Origin: Candidatus Levyibacteriota bacterium
GTDB taxonomy: Bacteria > Patescibacteriota > Microgenomatia > Levybacterales > UBA12049
Assembly (NCBI GenBank): GCA_016186625.1
Contig: JACPLG010000008.1
Coordinates: 16,071-80,070 of the forward strand
DNA: 64,000 nt
Reading direction: 5' to 3'
A model generated the notes under the pieces. That model worked only from the letters and a program-made list of their open reading frames with translations. It did not search any database and was not told the origin of the DNA. Positions 8,631 through 17,718 of the stretch are shown here, piece by piece (the first letter of the stretch is position 1; each line of letters starts with the position of its first letter). Both the position numbers and the translations under genes were made by a program.

Positions 8631-8957
8631 AAAAAACCTCGCCCCAATCCCGATTTAATCGGGACAAGGGCGAGGATTCTCGCGGTACCACCTTGTTTTA
8701 CTAATTTGCCACTAAAAAATCCCCGTCGGGGGATTATTACTTGATAGCTAAAATAGCCTTATTCAAGTGCTCCGTTTCCGACACACTCTTTCTGCTGTAA
8801 CGGGCTTACCCGTAAACCTTAATTGTCTCCTTTAGGGTTTCAGCTCCGGAGGGTAATTCAAAGTTTTAAGTTCGGGGAGTCTTTCATCAGCCGCTCCCTT
8901 TCTTTTGTCACCTTAAAACTTCTACTGCGTCTCCATCAAAGCCTTTTGTTAAATTGT
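8631..8957 (-). promoter_or_regulatory. T-box riboswitch leader comprising a promoter, Stem I, a Stem III-like hairpin, and an antiterminator/terminator
   Basis: Minus-strand promoter TTGACA(8993-8988)-N17-TATTAT(8970-8965). Conserved T-box sequence AGGUGGUACCGCG (plus 8680-8693). Terminator CCUCGCCC...GGGCGAGG+U6 (8637-8679). Stem I has a K-turn (GGC-UUU-GA / GGAGC) and helix AAGUUUUAAG/CUUAAAACUU. The specifier loop has AGUA on the 5' side and UGAAUUAC on the 3' side. Confidence 0.65.
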
Positions 8958-9074
8958 TAAAGTTATAATACCACATCATTTGACTCTTGTCAAACTATGA
9001 GCCTAGCAGTTTTGTTAGCCTCATTAATCCCTATGTGTCTACCTAACACGATCCTGGTGTGTGAGCTTGGTTAT

Positions 9075-10079
9075 TTAGGACTCGCGTTCTTTGAAGTAAT
9101 GATTATAGTATTCGCGGCCTACTATTAGAATAACACTTACCACCGGGATTGCAAAGACAGCTCCTGTTGCTCCTGCAACTTTAATCCCAATCAAAAGAGA
9201 AAGTATGACTATTACTGGATTTAGGTCAAAAGCCTTGCCAATGATTTTTGGCCCTGTTACGTTAAAGATAAATTGTTGAATGACAAAAATAATTAAAAAT
9301 ATAATGATTGCCTGGTCTGGCTTATCGATGAGAGATACAAGAAGGGGAGGTAGCACCCCAATAATAGGCCCAATGACTGGAACTGCGGTTAGAATTCCGG
9401 CAATGATAGAAGTTGACGCCGCAAATGAAACTCCAAAAATTGTCAAGACTACCCAGGTAATTACGCCCCCAACAACACCCCACAAAACCTGGATTCTTAC
9501 AAATGACGCAAATGATTGATCAATCACTTTTTGGACAAAAGCAATATCATCATGATACTTTTTGGGGGTTAGGGCAAAAATTCTTCTGTTTAAATTTTGC
9601 TTATCCAAAACCAGATAAAAAGATAAAACAAGAACTATTACTAGATTCACAACAAATGCGGTGATAGAAGGAACAATATTTGTATAATTGCCAAGTGAAT
9701 TTATAAAGCTGTCCACTCCTCTTTGTAAGAGGGCAGGTGAAGACTGCATAAATGCCGGGACTACTTTTTGCAGTGTTTTAAATTGAGAGATAATATCTGG
9801 TATAAAAATAAGAAATGCAAGAATGATAAAAATCGCACTAAGAACAAATACCAAAATAGTTGAAATTACGCGGGGGATCTTTAAGTAATTAGTAAAAACA
9901 TCAACAAAAGGCTCCAGAATAAAACTAACCAGCCAGCCGAAAAATAAAATTAAAATAATGTCAGAGAAGTTTCTTAAAAATTCTAGAAAAAACTGAAGAA
10001 GGTAAATCCCAACCGCAATTATTGCCAGAGTTGTTAAAAGCTTAAGTGAAGAAAGCTCTTTTTTTATCTCATCAAACAT
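9075..10079 (-). CDS. AI-2E family transporter (PerM/UPF0118-like permease)
   Basis: 334 aa with about 8 TM helices in a typical AI-2E arrangement. Assignment by recall. Confidence 0.55.
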   Translation of the reverse strand: MFDEIKKELSSLKLLTTLAIIAVGIYLLQFFLEFLRNFSDIILILFFGWLVSFILEPFVDVFTNYLKIPRVISTILVFVLSAIFIILAFLIFIPDIISQFKTLQKVVPAFMQSSPALLQRGVDSFINSLGNYTNIVPSITAFVVNLVIVLVLSFYLVLDKQNLNRRIFALTPKKYHDDIAFVQKVIDQSFASFVRIQVLWGVVGGVITWVVLTIFGVSFAASTSIIAGILTAVPVIGPIIGVLPPLLVSLIDKPDQAIIIFLIIFVIQQFIFNVTGPKIIGKAFDLNPVIVILSLLIGIKVAGATGAVFAIPVVSVILIVGREYYNHYFKERES

Positions 10080-10086
10080 AAAGTTT

Positions 10087-11181
10087 TTATAACTCTATTA
10101 TTTCTCTATTTGAGTGGGAAATCAACTCTACCTTATTATTTGAAATAAAAACTAGATCCTCAATCCTAACTCCGCCAAAGCCAGGTATATAAATTCCCGG
10201 CTCAACAGAAAAAACCATGCCCGGCTTGATAATGTCTTTTGAAGTTGGGGAAAGGTGAGGTGGCTCATGCACTTCAATTCCAACACCATGACCAACGCTA
10301 TGGATTATGTTTGGATAGCCCTGTTTAATAATATATTGCCGGGCGATCTTGTCGATATCTTTTGCAAACAATTGACCATTGACCATTGACAATTGACCAT
10401 TGATATATTCAATTGCTTTTGTTTGTGCTTCAAGGACCGTTTTGTATATGCGTTTGAATTCTGCCGATGCAGAACCAAAAAACACTGTGCGACTCATATC
10501 CGAGCAATAATTATTTATTTTAACTCCAAAATCCAAAAGAACTATTTGGTTTGTCCTAAGCCTGTCTCTTTCAGTCATATGATGGGGAATAGAAGAGTTT
10601 TTTCCAAATGCAATAATGGGTTTAAAAGAAACGTCAGCACCTTTGGAATTGATAAAGGTTTCTAGTTTATCGACAACCTCGCGCTCAGTTATTCCTAATT
10701 TTAACTGCTGGATTATATAATCAAAAGCATCGTCACCAATTTTACAAGCCTTTCTAATATTTTCAATTTCTTTTTTTTGTTTGATTGCTCTAAAATTTCT
10801 TAGGTCAATGGGATTGGTTTTAACAATCTTTTCTAATTTTGAATACTCAGAAACAGTTAAATCATAATCTTCAAATCCAATTGTTTTTATTTTTTCTTTT
10901 TTGAAAAAGTTTTTAGCGTCTTTTGTTATAAAATTTAATGCACCGGTGTCAATTATTTCAAAATCTTTTGCAATTTCCTCTAGAGCCAGCGAATATCTTT
11001 TATCAGTAATCAAATACTGTTTACCTGCCTTGCCGGCAGGCAGGCTTCTTGTTAAAAGCAGAAAACACTCTCTTTCTGTTTCTGAAAAATTTGGATAAGT
11101 TGTTAAATAGATGATATTTGGACGCGAAGAAATAAGTAGCGCGTCAGATTTTTTAAGTAAATTTTTTAGAATTAGGTTCAT
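10087..11181 (-). CDS. pepP: Xaa-Pro aminopeptidase / M24-family metallopeptidase
   Basis: Creatinase/prolidase N-domain plus an M24 catalytic domain with HSVGHGVGIEVHEPP and the metal-binding residues. Confidence 0.8.
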   Translation of the reverse strand: MNLILKNLLKKSDALLISSRPNIIYLTTYPNFSETERECFLLLTRSLPAGKAGKQYLITDKRYSLALEEIAKDFEIIDTGALNFITKDAKNFFKKEKIKTIGFEDYDLTVSEYSKLEKIVKTNPIDLRNFRAIKQKKEIENIRKACKIGDDAFDYIIQQLKLGITEREVVDKLETFINSKGADVSFKPIIAFGKNSSIPHHMTERDRLRTNQIVLLDFGVKINNYCSDMSRTVFFGSASAEFKRIYKTVLEAQTKAIEYINGQLSMVNGQLFAKDIDKIARQYIIKQGYPNIIHSVGHGVGIEVHEPPHLSPTSKDIIKPGMVFSVEPGIYIPGFGGVRIEDLVFISNNKVELISHSNREIIEL

Positions 11182-11936
11182 TCTTGGATTTGTACTTTTT
11201 TGGTGGGAGTGGGTGTTGACTTTATATCATCATCAATAATCGGGACGTTAGGGTTGCTGGGAATGTCAGGAAATGTAATAATTCTTGTTGCTGATATTCT
11301 ATTTTTTTCTTTTGCATCCGCAAAGCCTAAAACAGTTGCGTTTTCTCGAATTTCTATTTTTGAAAAGCCGGATGAAGCAAGTCCATCTTCATCATAGGAA
11401 AAAGTTTTTGTGATCCTCTCAACGTCTACTGTATAATCCACTCCCTCCTCGGTTGTGAGAGTTATTGTGAAATCTTTCTCATTTTTTTGCGTGATTACTC
11501 CTACAACAGAGGTAGGAATTTCTATCTCATTTACAAAACGGGCAAGAAGACGTCTAGAGTCTTTGTTATAAAGACCAAGGGCTGATAAGGTTGAGCCTTT
11601 TTTAATATCTGAAATTCCGAATGATTTGCTACTTTCTTTGGAAAATTTTGTGAGCTCATCAACGTCAATTATTCTTAAATTACCGTTATGATCAGTGATA
11701 GTAATTTCGGTATCTGAAACTCTCTCAACAGTTCCTACAATTCCTCTTCTTTCGACTAGCTTTAACTGCGCTACACGTGAGGCAACCTTTTCCTTCAATT
11801 CATCAATCTTGTCACTTATTTCTTGTGCCTCAGAGCTTGTTGGGATCTTTTGAGGAGTTTTTGTTTGGGCAAAAGAAAAGTTAGGAAAGAAAATAATAAA
11901 TATTATTAAAATTGACAGAATTTTCATCACGTTAGA
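11178..11936 (-). CDS. Secreted hypothetical protein. The true start is probably MKILSILIIFIIFF..., and the ORF-track start at 12002 would include the intergenic inverted repeat.
   Basis: Canonical signal peptide MKILSILIIFIIFFPNFSFAQT. No recognised domain. Confidence 0.45.
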   Translation of the reverse strand, partial: SNVMKILSILIIFIIFFPNFSFAQTKTPQKIPTSSEAQEISDKIDELKEKVASRVAQLKLVERRGIVGTVERVSDTEITITDHNGNLRIIDVDELTKFSKESSKSFGISDIKKGSTLSALGLYNKDSRRLLARFVNEIEIPTSVVGVITQKNEKDFTITLTTEEGVDYTVDVERITKTFSYDEDGLASSGFSKIEIRENATVLGFADAKEKNRISATRIITFPDIPSNPNVPIIDDDIKSTPTPTKKVQIQE

Positions 11937-11998
11937 AATTTCCTGTATAAATATTTTTTTCTTAAAATCAATGAAATTATTTCTAACGTGATTCATAA

Positions 11999-12424
11999 TC
12001 AAAAACTTTCTGTAGTATATGTTACAATTCTTTTTACTTTCGCAATTTCTCCGTTTGGAGCAACAGCTATAACCTCAATTATATTTTCAGAAGCTTCAAG
12101 CGTTATTTCTGTTGAGAAATTTCCGTTTGAGGCAGCAATTGCCGCCTCCTCAGTTATTTGCGTCTGGACAACTATTTTTGCATTTGGAATTGTTTTTCCT
12201 GAAACTGTAATGATTCTCTCATCAACTACCTCTTCATCCCGTGGTCTATCCAAGGTAATAAAGATAGAAGAAGCCGGAGTAGGTGAAGGAGAATTTATGG
12301 CAATTTTCTTAACTTCGTCCGGGTTAATTTTTTTTGTTGACTGGTAAAAAAAGAAGCCCGCAACAGCGACTAAGATTCCAATTAGAGCAGCAGAAGCGGA
12401 AAGAATAATTTTCTCTTTTCTCAT
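11999..12424 (-). CDS. Membrane-anchored hypothetical protein
   Basis: N-terminal TM anchor followed by a Pro/Ser-rich linker and a beta-rich C-terminus. Confidence 0.4.
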   Translation of the reverse strand: MRKEKIILSASAALIGILVAVAGFFFYQSTKKINPDEVKKIAINSPSPTPASSIFITLDRPRDEEVVDERIITVSGKTIPNAKIVVQTQITEEAAIAASNGNFSTEITLEASENIIEVIAVAPNGEIAKVKRIVTYTTESF

Positions 12425-12519
12425 AAAAACGGGGATTTTCCCTTCTTAAGACCATTGATACCAACAATGACAACAGAGCGATTTTTGGTAAAGAAAATGA
12501 TACTACGCAGTCTATTCTC

Positions 12520-13080
12520 TTGTCAAGAAAGCCAACACCTGCTAGGATGTTTTGTATGGATATTCAACTTATTGGGAAGAATTCATTAAAAATAAAAGGA
12601 AGAAATGCCTCTTTTTTAATAGATCCTGATAAAACGTTAGGAAAGACCCAAGCAGATGCAATAATTTTATTAAGTCTTAGCACCAATCAAATTTCCTCAA
12701 AAATAGAAGGAAGCAGAATCACCATAACAGGGCCAGGGGAGTATGAAGTTGGAGGAGTGAAAGTCTCAGCTACCAGAGTGGATGACAGACTAGTAATAAG
12801 TGCAGATGTTGATGCGGTAAAACTTTTATTAGGAAGCGGAAAATCAATTGAAAAAATTCATGACAATATTCCGGAATGTGATATTGCCTTGGTAAATGCG
12901 ACTGATGACTTTAACCAGGCTGTTTTGACTGCAATTGAGCCGAAAGTTTTGATCCTATTTGGAGAAAATAAAAAAAGTGTTACAAAAATGCTTGGAAAAG
13001 AAGATGCTCCCAAGGCATCCAAGTATTCAGCGACTCCGGGAAAACTTCCCGCGGAAATGGAAATAGTGTTGCTTGGGTAA
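12520..13080 (+). CDS. Hypothetical protein, possibly a small MBL-fold hydrolase. The start is probably an internal ATG (MFCMD/MDIQ).
   Basis: The ORF begins at TTG. A promoter-like TTGTCA-N17-TAGGAT overlaps the start. Similarity to MBL-fold proteins is weak. Confidence 0.35.
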   Translation: MSRKPTPARMFCMDIQLIGKNSLKIKGRNASFLIDPDKTLGKTQADAIILLSLSTNQISSKIEGSRITITGPGEYEVGGVKVSATRVDDRLVISADVDAVKLLLGSGKSIEKIHDNIPECDIALVNATDDFNQAVLTAIEPKVLILFGENKKSVTKMLGKEDAPKASKYSATPGKLPAEMEIVLLG

Positions 13081-13150
13081 GAATCTTTTCTTGCTATTGT
13101 TTGAGGCATTGAATTTTTTTTTATCATAGACTATTATTCTAAAACTATTT

Positions 13151-14500
13151 ATGCCATATCTTAAAATACCCCCTCATAATGAAGAAGCAGAGCAAAGCAT
13201 TTTAGGAGCAATTCTAATTGACAAGAACTCTATTAGTTTGGTTGCAGAAAAAATAGGACCGAATGATTTTTATAATCAAATAAATGCACAGATTTTTGAA
13301 GCAATGCTTAGTCTTTTTGAAGAAGGAAAGCCGATTGACATCCTGACACTTACAAAAAAACTAAAAAAACAGAAAGCAAATAGCATTGACCCAGCGTATA
13401 TCACAGAAATTTTAAATGTAGTCCCAACAGCAGCAAATATAGAACACTACGCAGATATAGTTGCAGAAGAGTCTGTAAAACGTTCCCTCATAACTCTTGG
13501 ATCGGATATTGTGGAGATGGGCTTCATGGATGAAAAAAGCGCAGAAGAACTGTTGGATAAGACTGAAGCATCAGTTTTTAGTATTACACAAGGACGCGCC
13601 ATTAGAGGATTCGTTCCTATTAAGGAAAGTCTTGCGGAAAGCTTTGACAGAATAGATGAGTTGCACAAATCAGGCTCGGGTCTTAGAGGTGTGAAAACAG
13701 GTTTTTCGGATTTAGACAATATATTATCCGGGATGCAGGCATCAAACCTTCTAATTCTTGCAGCCCGTCCCGGTCAAGGAAAAACCGCTTTTGTAGTGAA
13801 TATTGCCCAACATATTGCGGTAAATGAAAAAAAACCGGTTGGAATTTTTTCTTTGGAAATGAGTCAAGAAGAGCTCGTGGATCGACTTCTTGTAGGCCAA
13901 GCCGATGTAGACGCATGGAGGCTGAAAACCGGAAGACTAACAGAAACCGATTTTGCAAAACTTTCTGAGGCTATGGGGGTTTTGGCAGATGCACCAATTT
14001 TTATAGATGATACTCCCGGAATTTCAGTTTCCCAGATTAGGACAAAGGCACGGCGTCTTCAGCTTGAATATAATGTCTCTATTATAATAGTTGACTATCT
14101 TCAGCTGGCTGATCCTGGCAAGCATTATGACAATAGAGTTCAGGAAGTCTCCATTGTTTCGCAGGCTTTGAAAAATTTAGCCCGGGAGCTTAAAATCCCG
14201 GTTCTTGCTGTCTCACAGCTTTCTCGGGCAGTAGAACACCGGGGAGAAAGAAAGCCTCAACTTGCAGATCTTAGAGAATCAGGAGCTATTGAGCAAGACT
14301 CAGATGTAGTCATGTTTCTTTATAGGCCAGATACTGAGTTATCTAATGTAATGCAGACAAAGTTACTTATTGCCAAACACAGAAATGGCCCGATGGGGGA
14401 GATTGACCTCTTATTTAGGGGAGATAGAATTAAATTTTATAGTGTGGAGAGGAAAAGAGAAGAGAAAGAACCAAGTCCAACAATGCCTCCGATTGTCTAA
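13151..14500 (+). CDS. dnaB: Replicative DNA helicase
   Basis: DnaB N-domain (EQSILGAILID) and a RecA-like C-domain with Walker A (ARPGQGKTAF) and the SQLSR motif. Confidence 0.9.
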   Translation: MPYLKIPPHNEEAEQSILGAILIDKNSISLVAEKIGPNDFYNQINAQIFEAMLSLFEEGKPIDILTLTKKLKKQKANSIDPAYITEILNVVPTAANIEHYADIVAEESVKRSLITLGSDIVEMGFMDEKSAEELLDKTEASVFSITQGRAIRGFVPIKESLAESFDRIDELHKSGSGLRGVKTGFSDLDNILSGMQASNLLILAARPGQGKTAFVVNIAQHIAVNEKKPVGIFSLEMSQEELVDRLLVGQADVDAWRLKTGRLTETDFAKLSEAMGVLADAPIFIDDTPGISVSQIRTKARRLQLEYNVSIIIVDYLQLADPGKHYDNRVQEVSIVSQALKNLARELKIPVLAVSQLSRAVEHRGERKPQLADLRESGAIEQDSDVVMFLYRPDTELSNVMQTKLLIAKHRNGPMGEIDLLFRGDRIKFYSVERKREEKEPSPTMPPIV

Positions 14501-14662
14501 GATTAATCAGTACCTTCTTGGTTGACAGCTGCTTTTATTTTTTAGTTAGGCGAATGGTATGGATTGATATCTTTACATTTTTTTATAAGATCGCTATGAT
14601 AAAAAGATCTATACAATCCGCCTTTGCATAAAGCTTCGGCGGACAAGAAGGAGGTGAATTGA

Positions 14663-14956
14663 ATGGACGATCCAACTAATCCAACACCAGCAACAGACCA
14701 GCCGGGTACACCAGCAGGAGGTGGATGGACTCCACCGCCAGCAGGACCAACTGCGCCGTCTGAGCCAGCACAAACACCAGGTTGGACACCTCCAGCTCCA
14801 CCTACGGAGCCTCCGCCGACAACACCAACAAGTCCTCCTCCAGGAGGAGGAGAAATACCAGGGGGAACACCTGCACCCGATCCGGGAACAGGTACGCCGT
14901 CAGGGGGATCAACTTGGGATCCAAATAAGGGTACTGGAACATCAGGAGGAGTTTAA
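14663..14956 (+). CDS. Pro/Thr/Gly-rich low-complexity protein of 97 aa
   Basis: Strong promoter TTTACA-N17-TATGAT at about 14572–14605 and an AAGGAGGTG RBS. The coding sequence is GC-rich relative to its surroundings. Repeats of GWTPP(A)P. Confidence 0.4.
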   Translation: MDDPTNPTPATDQPGTPAGGGWTPPPAGPTAPSEPAQTPGWTPPAPPTEPPPTTPTSPPPGGGEIPGGTPAPDPGTGTPSGGSTWDPNKGTGTSGGV

Positions 14957-14985
14957 CTTTTCTTGGTACGATTTCGAAACTACAA

Positions 14986-15020
14986 AATTAGACTAGCGCC
15001 ATTTGGAAGCTAGTCTAATT
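14986..15020. terminator. Bidirectional intrinsic-terminator hairpin between convergent genes
   Basis: Perfect 12-bp stem AATTAGACTAGC/GCTAGTCTAATT with an 11-nt loop. Confidence 0.55.
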
Positions 15021-15021
15021 T

Positions 15022-15369
15022 TCATGATCCAGACTGAGGATTTTCAGCTGGTTTTGTCCGCGCAGCAACAACGTGACGAGGAAACTGTGTTTCGAAGCGA
15101 ATGAAACCCTCATAAGCGAAAAAATTATCTTGTAGTTTTTTTGTAGCAGGATCAACAATAGTTCCGCTCCAAACATCAGCTCTTTCTGGGTCCCAGACCA
15201 AAAATAATCCATTTCCCCTTATTTTTGTTGATGGCCGTAAATATTCCCTTAATACCCCATCTGGTAGTAGCCATGGGCCTTTTGTGGGAATATCTACCAC
15301 TTCGAATCCATCTCTTTCAAGGGTCGGTTCACGATCAGGAATAGGAGTGGCGGTTTCTGTCATGGGCAA
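15022..15369 (-). CDS. Hypothetical protein, relatively GC-rich
   Basis: ORF only. No recognised motif. Confidence 0.35.
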   Translation of the reverse strand: MPMTETATPIPDREPTLERDGFEVVDIPTKGPWLLPDGVLREYLRPSTKIRGNGLFLVWDPERADVWSGTIVDPATKKLQDNFFAYEGFIRFETQFPRHVVAARTKPAENPQSGS

Positions 15370-15399
15370 ATTATAACTTGTTTAATCAAAAAATTAAAG

Positions 15400-15482
15400 T
15401 GGGCGAGGAGGGAGTCGAACCCACACAGCCTTGCGACTAGTAGTTTTTGAGACTACCGCGTATACCATTCCGCCACTCGCCC
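15400..15482 (-). tRNA. tRNA-Leu with anticodon CAA and a long variable arm
   Basis: The minus-strand sequence GGGCGAGUGGCGGAAUGG...GGUAGUCUCAAAAACUACU...GGGUUCGACUCCC...CUCGCCCA folds as a class II tRNA. The anticodon loop is CU-CAA-AA. Confidence 0.8.
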
Positions 15483-15649
15483 TCGTCGCGCACTATGCTT
15501 GAATTTCCATTGCTCGCTTTGTTCGCAATTTCAACTTCCCGCTTGGCGCTCCTCTTCAATCTCGCCCAATGCTCGATTGAGATTTAAAAACATGAGCATA
15601 TTATACCATGAATCTTTATTTTTCGAGCGTATGATGTTAAAATAATCAG

Positions 15650-17158
15650 ATGCAATTTGAATTCACAGGTAATCCGATATCAAATATTTCTTCGGATGTA
15701 GTGGCTGTTTTTGCATTTCAGAGCGAAAAAGATAAAAAAGAGAAATATACGCCACTTGAAGATTTCAAAAAAATTGATAAAGATTTAAATAAAAAAATTT
15801 CAAAAGCCTTAGAGGTTTCAGGATTTAGCGGAAAAAGAGGGGAGTTTTTAGATTATTTTCCGGAAGGAAAAATTTTATCAAAATGGATTGTTGTAATAGG
15901 GCTTGGTAAAAAATCGGAGTTTGACCCAAATGACTTAAGACGAGTTTTAGGGAAATCAGTAAGTCACTTAAAAGGGAAAGTTGACTCCCTTGCCCTTTCT
16001 ATTCCTTCAAAGGAATTAAGACTAGAGCCGGATTTTGCAGCCCAGCTTATTGCCGAAGGTTTGCTTTTGGGTTACTACCAGTTTAATAAATACAAAACTG
16101 AAAAAGACAAAAAGAGAGAGTTATCTTCTGTCATCTTTTCCAATAAAGGAGACGCAAAAAAAGAAAAAGTAGGAGTTGAAAAAGCAAAGGTAGCAACGGA
16201 TGCAACTATTATGGCTCGGGATCTTGTGAATGAACAATCGGCTGTTGCAACGCCGACTTTTTTAGCAGATTTAGCACTTTCTATTGCCAAAAAAGACCCA
16301 AAACATATTACATGTAAGGTATTTAGTAGGGATGAAGCAAAAAAAATGGGAATGGATGCTTTTTTAGGTATAGCAAGAGCTGCCCAGACACCGCCAAAAT
16401 TTATTTTTCTGCAATACAGGCCTGATAAGATCAAAAAGAAAGAAAAGCTTGCATTGGTGGGGAAGGGAATAACATTTGACAGTGGGGGAATAAACGTAAA
16501 AACAGGAGACCATATGTCAGATATGAAAATGGACATGTCTGGCGCTGCCGTTGTGCTTTCTGTTTTCTCAGTAATAACAAGGATTAAACCAGATTATCCA
16601 GTTATTGGTTTAATTGCCGCAACAGCCAATATGATTTCGGGAAACTCTTTAGTTCCCGGAGACGTTGTAAAAGCAATGAACGGAAAAACAATTGAAATCT
16701 TAAATACCGATGCAGAGGGAAGGGTAACATTGGCGGATAGTCTTTCATTTGCAGTGAAGGAGGGTGCGACAAAAATAATTGACCTGGCAACATTAACAGG
16801 GGCTGTTTTAGTTGCGCTGGGCACTGATATAAGCGCTCTTTTCTCAAATGATAGGAAGCTTGCCGAGCAGATCAAAGAGTCAGCCAAACGCGCAGGAGAA
16901 AAAGTCTGGGAAATGCCGCTTGAAAAAGACTACAGGGAGATGAATAAAAGTGAAGTCGCAGATGTTGCAAATATTCCAAGCTCAAGATATGGCGGAACAA
17001 TCACAGCTGCACTTTTTTTGCAAGAATTTATAGGAAAAAAGAAATGGGCGCATTTAGATATTGCGGGGCCTGCATTTTCATCCAAGGCATCTGATATTGG
17101 CCCAAAAGGAGGCACCGGGCATGGTGTAAGGACTATACTTAATTTATTGTCCCTATGA
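15650..17158 (+). CDS. pepA: Leucyl aminopeptidase (M17)
   Basis: NTDAEGRVTLAD signature and M17 metal ligands. Confidence 0.85.
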   Translation: MQFEFTGNPISNISSDVVAVFAFQSEKDKKEKYTPLEDFKKIDKDLNKKISKALEVSGFSGKRGEFLDYFPEGKILSKWIVVIGLGKKSEFDPNDLRRVLGKSVSHLKGKVDSLALSIPSKELRLEPDFAAQLIAEGLLLGYYQFNKYKTEKDKKRELSSVIFSNKGDAKKEKVGVEKAKVATDATIMARDLVNEQSAVATPTFLADLALSIAKKDPKHITCKVFSRDEAKKMGMDAFLGIARAAQTPPKFIFLQYRPDKIKKKEKLALVGKGITFDSGGINVKTGDHMSDMKMDMSGAAVVLSVFSVITRIKPDYPVIGLIAATANMISGNSLVPGDVVKAMNGKTIEILNTDAEGRVTLADSLSFAVKEGATKIIDLATLTGAVLVALGTDISALFSNDRKLAEQIKESAKRAGEKVWEMPLEKDYREMNKSEVADVANIPSSRYGGTITAALFLQEFIGKKKWAHLDIAGPAFSSKASDIGPKGGTGHGVRTILNLLSL

Positions 17159-17715
17159 TTGGAGTAACTGAGCTTAGAAGCGGAACTATATTTGAAGAAA
17201 GCGGGAATTTATATCAAGTTTTATTCTACGAACACATTAAGATGGGCAGAGGCTCAGCCAATATAAAAGTAAAAGTCAAGAATCTCAAAAACGGTGCTAC
17301 AACCGAAAAAAGTTTTATAAACGGCGCTAAGGTAAATGATGTTTCGGTCTTTAAAAGAGATGTGCAGTATTTATATAAAGATTCTTCCAAAGCCTACTTC
17401 ATGGATACTAAAAGTTTTGAGCAAATTAAAATACCACTTACTACAATTGGAAATGATGCTATCTTTCTAAAGGAAGGAGAGAGCTTTAATTTATCGTTTT
17501 TAGATAAAGAGCCACTTACTCTTAATCTATCGCCAAAAATGGACTTTGTAGTTTCTGAAACTGGCCCCGGAATTAAAGGCAATTCAGCAACTAACGTTTA
17601 CAAAGACGCAACACTTTCAAACGGGCTAAAAGTAAAGGTTCCATTATTTATCAAAACAGGAGACAAGGTTCGGATAGACACTAGAACCGGTGAGTACTCA
17701 CAAAAGATTAGCTAA
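17155..17715 (+). CDS. efp: Elongation factor P
   Basis: The N-terminus MIGVTELRSGTIFEESGNLYQVLFYEHIKMGRGSANIKVKVKNL has the KOW-like fold of EF-P. Confidence 0.9.
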   Translation: MIGVTELRSGTIFEESGNLYQVLFYEHIKMGRGSANIKVKVKNLKNGATTEKSFINGAKVNDVSVFKRDVQYLYKDSSKAYFMDTKSFEQIKIPLTTIGNDAIFLKEGESFNLSFLDKEPLTLNLSPKMDFVVSETGPGIKGNSATNVYKDATLSNGLKVKVPLFIKTGDKVRIDTRTGEYSQKIS

Positions 17716-17718
17716 TTT

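Noticed and set aside
8631-9074. A roughly 440-nt structured non-coding region was first considered as RNase P RNA, tmRNA or 6S RNA
   Set aside because: It has no P4 (GGAAAGUCCGG / ACAGAAACCCGGCUUA) and no tRNA-like tmRNA ends. It contains the near-consensus T-box sequence AGGUGGUACCGCG, a Stem I K-turn and a terminator directly upstream of an RBS, so I called it a T-box leader.
14721-14996. An alternative-frame ORF over the Pro-rich gene
   Set aside because: The frame beginning at 14663 has a consensus RBS and promoter. The overlapping His/Gln-rich frame probably results from the low complexity of the CCN/ACN repeats. I kept it only as a caveat.
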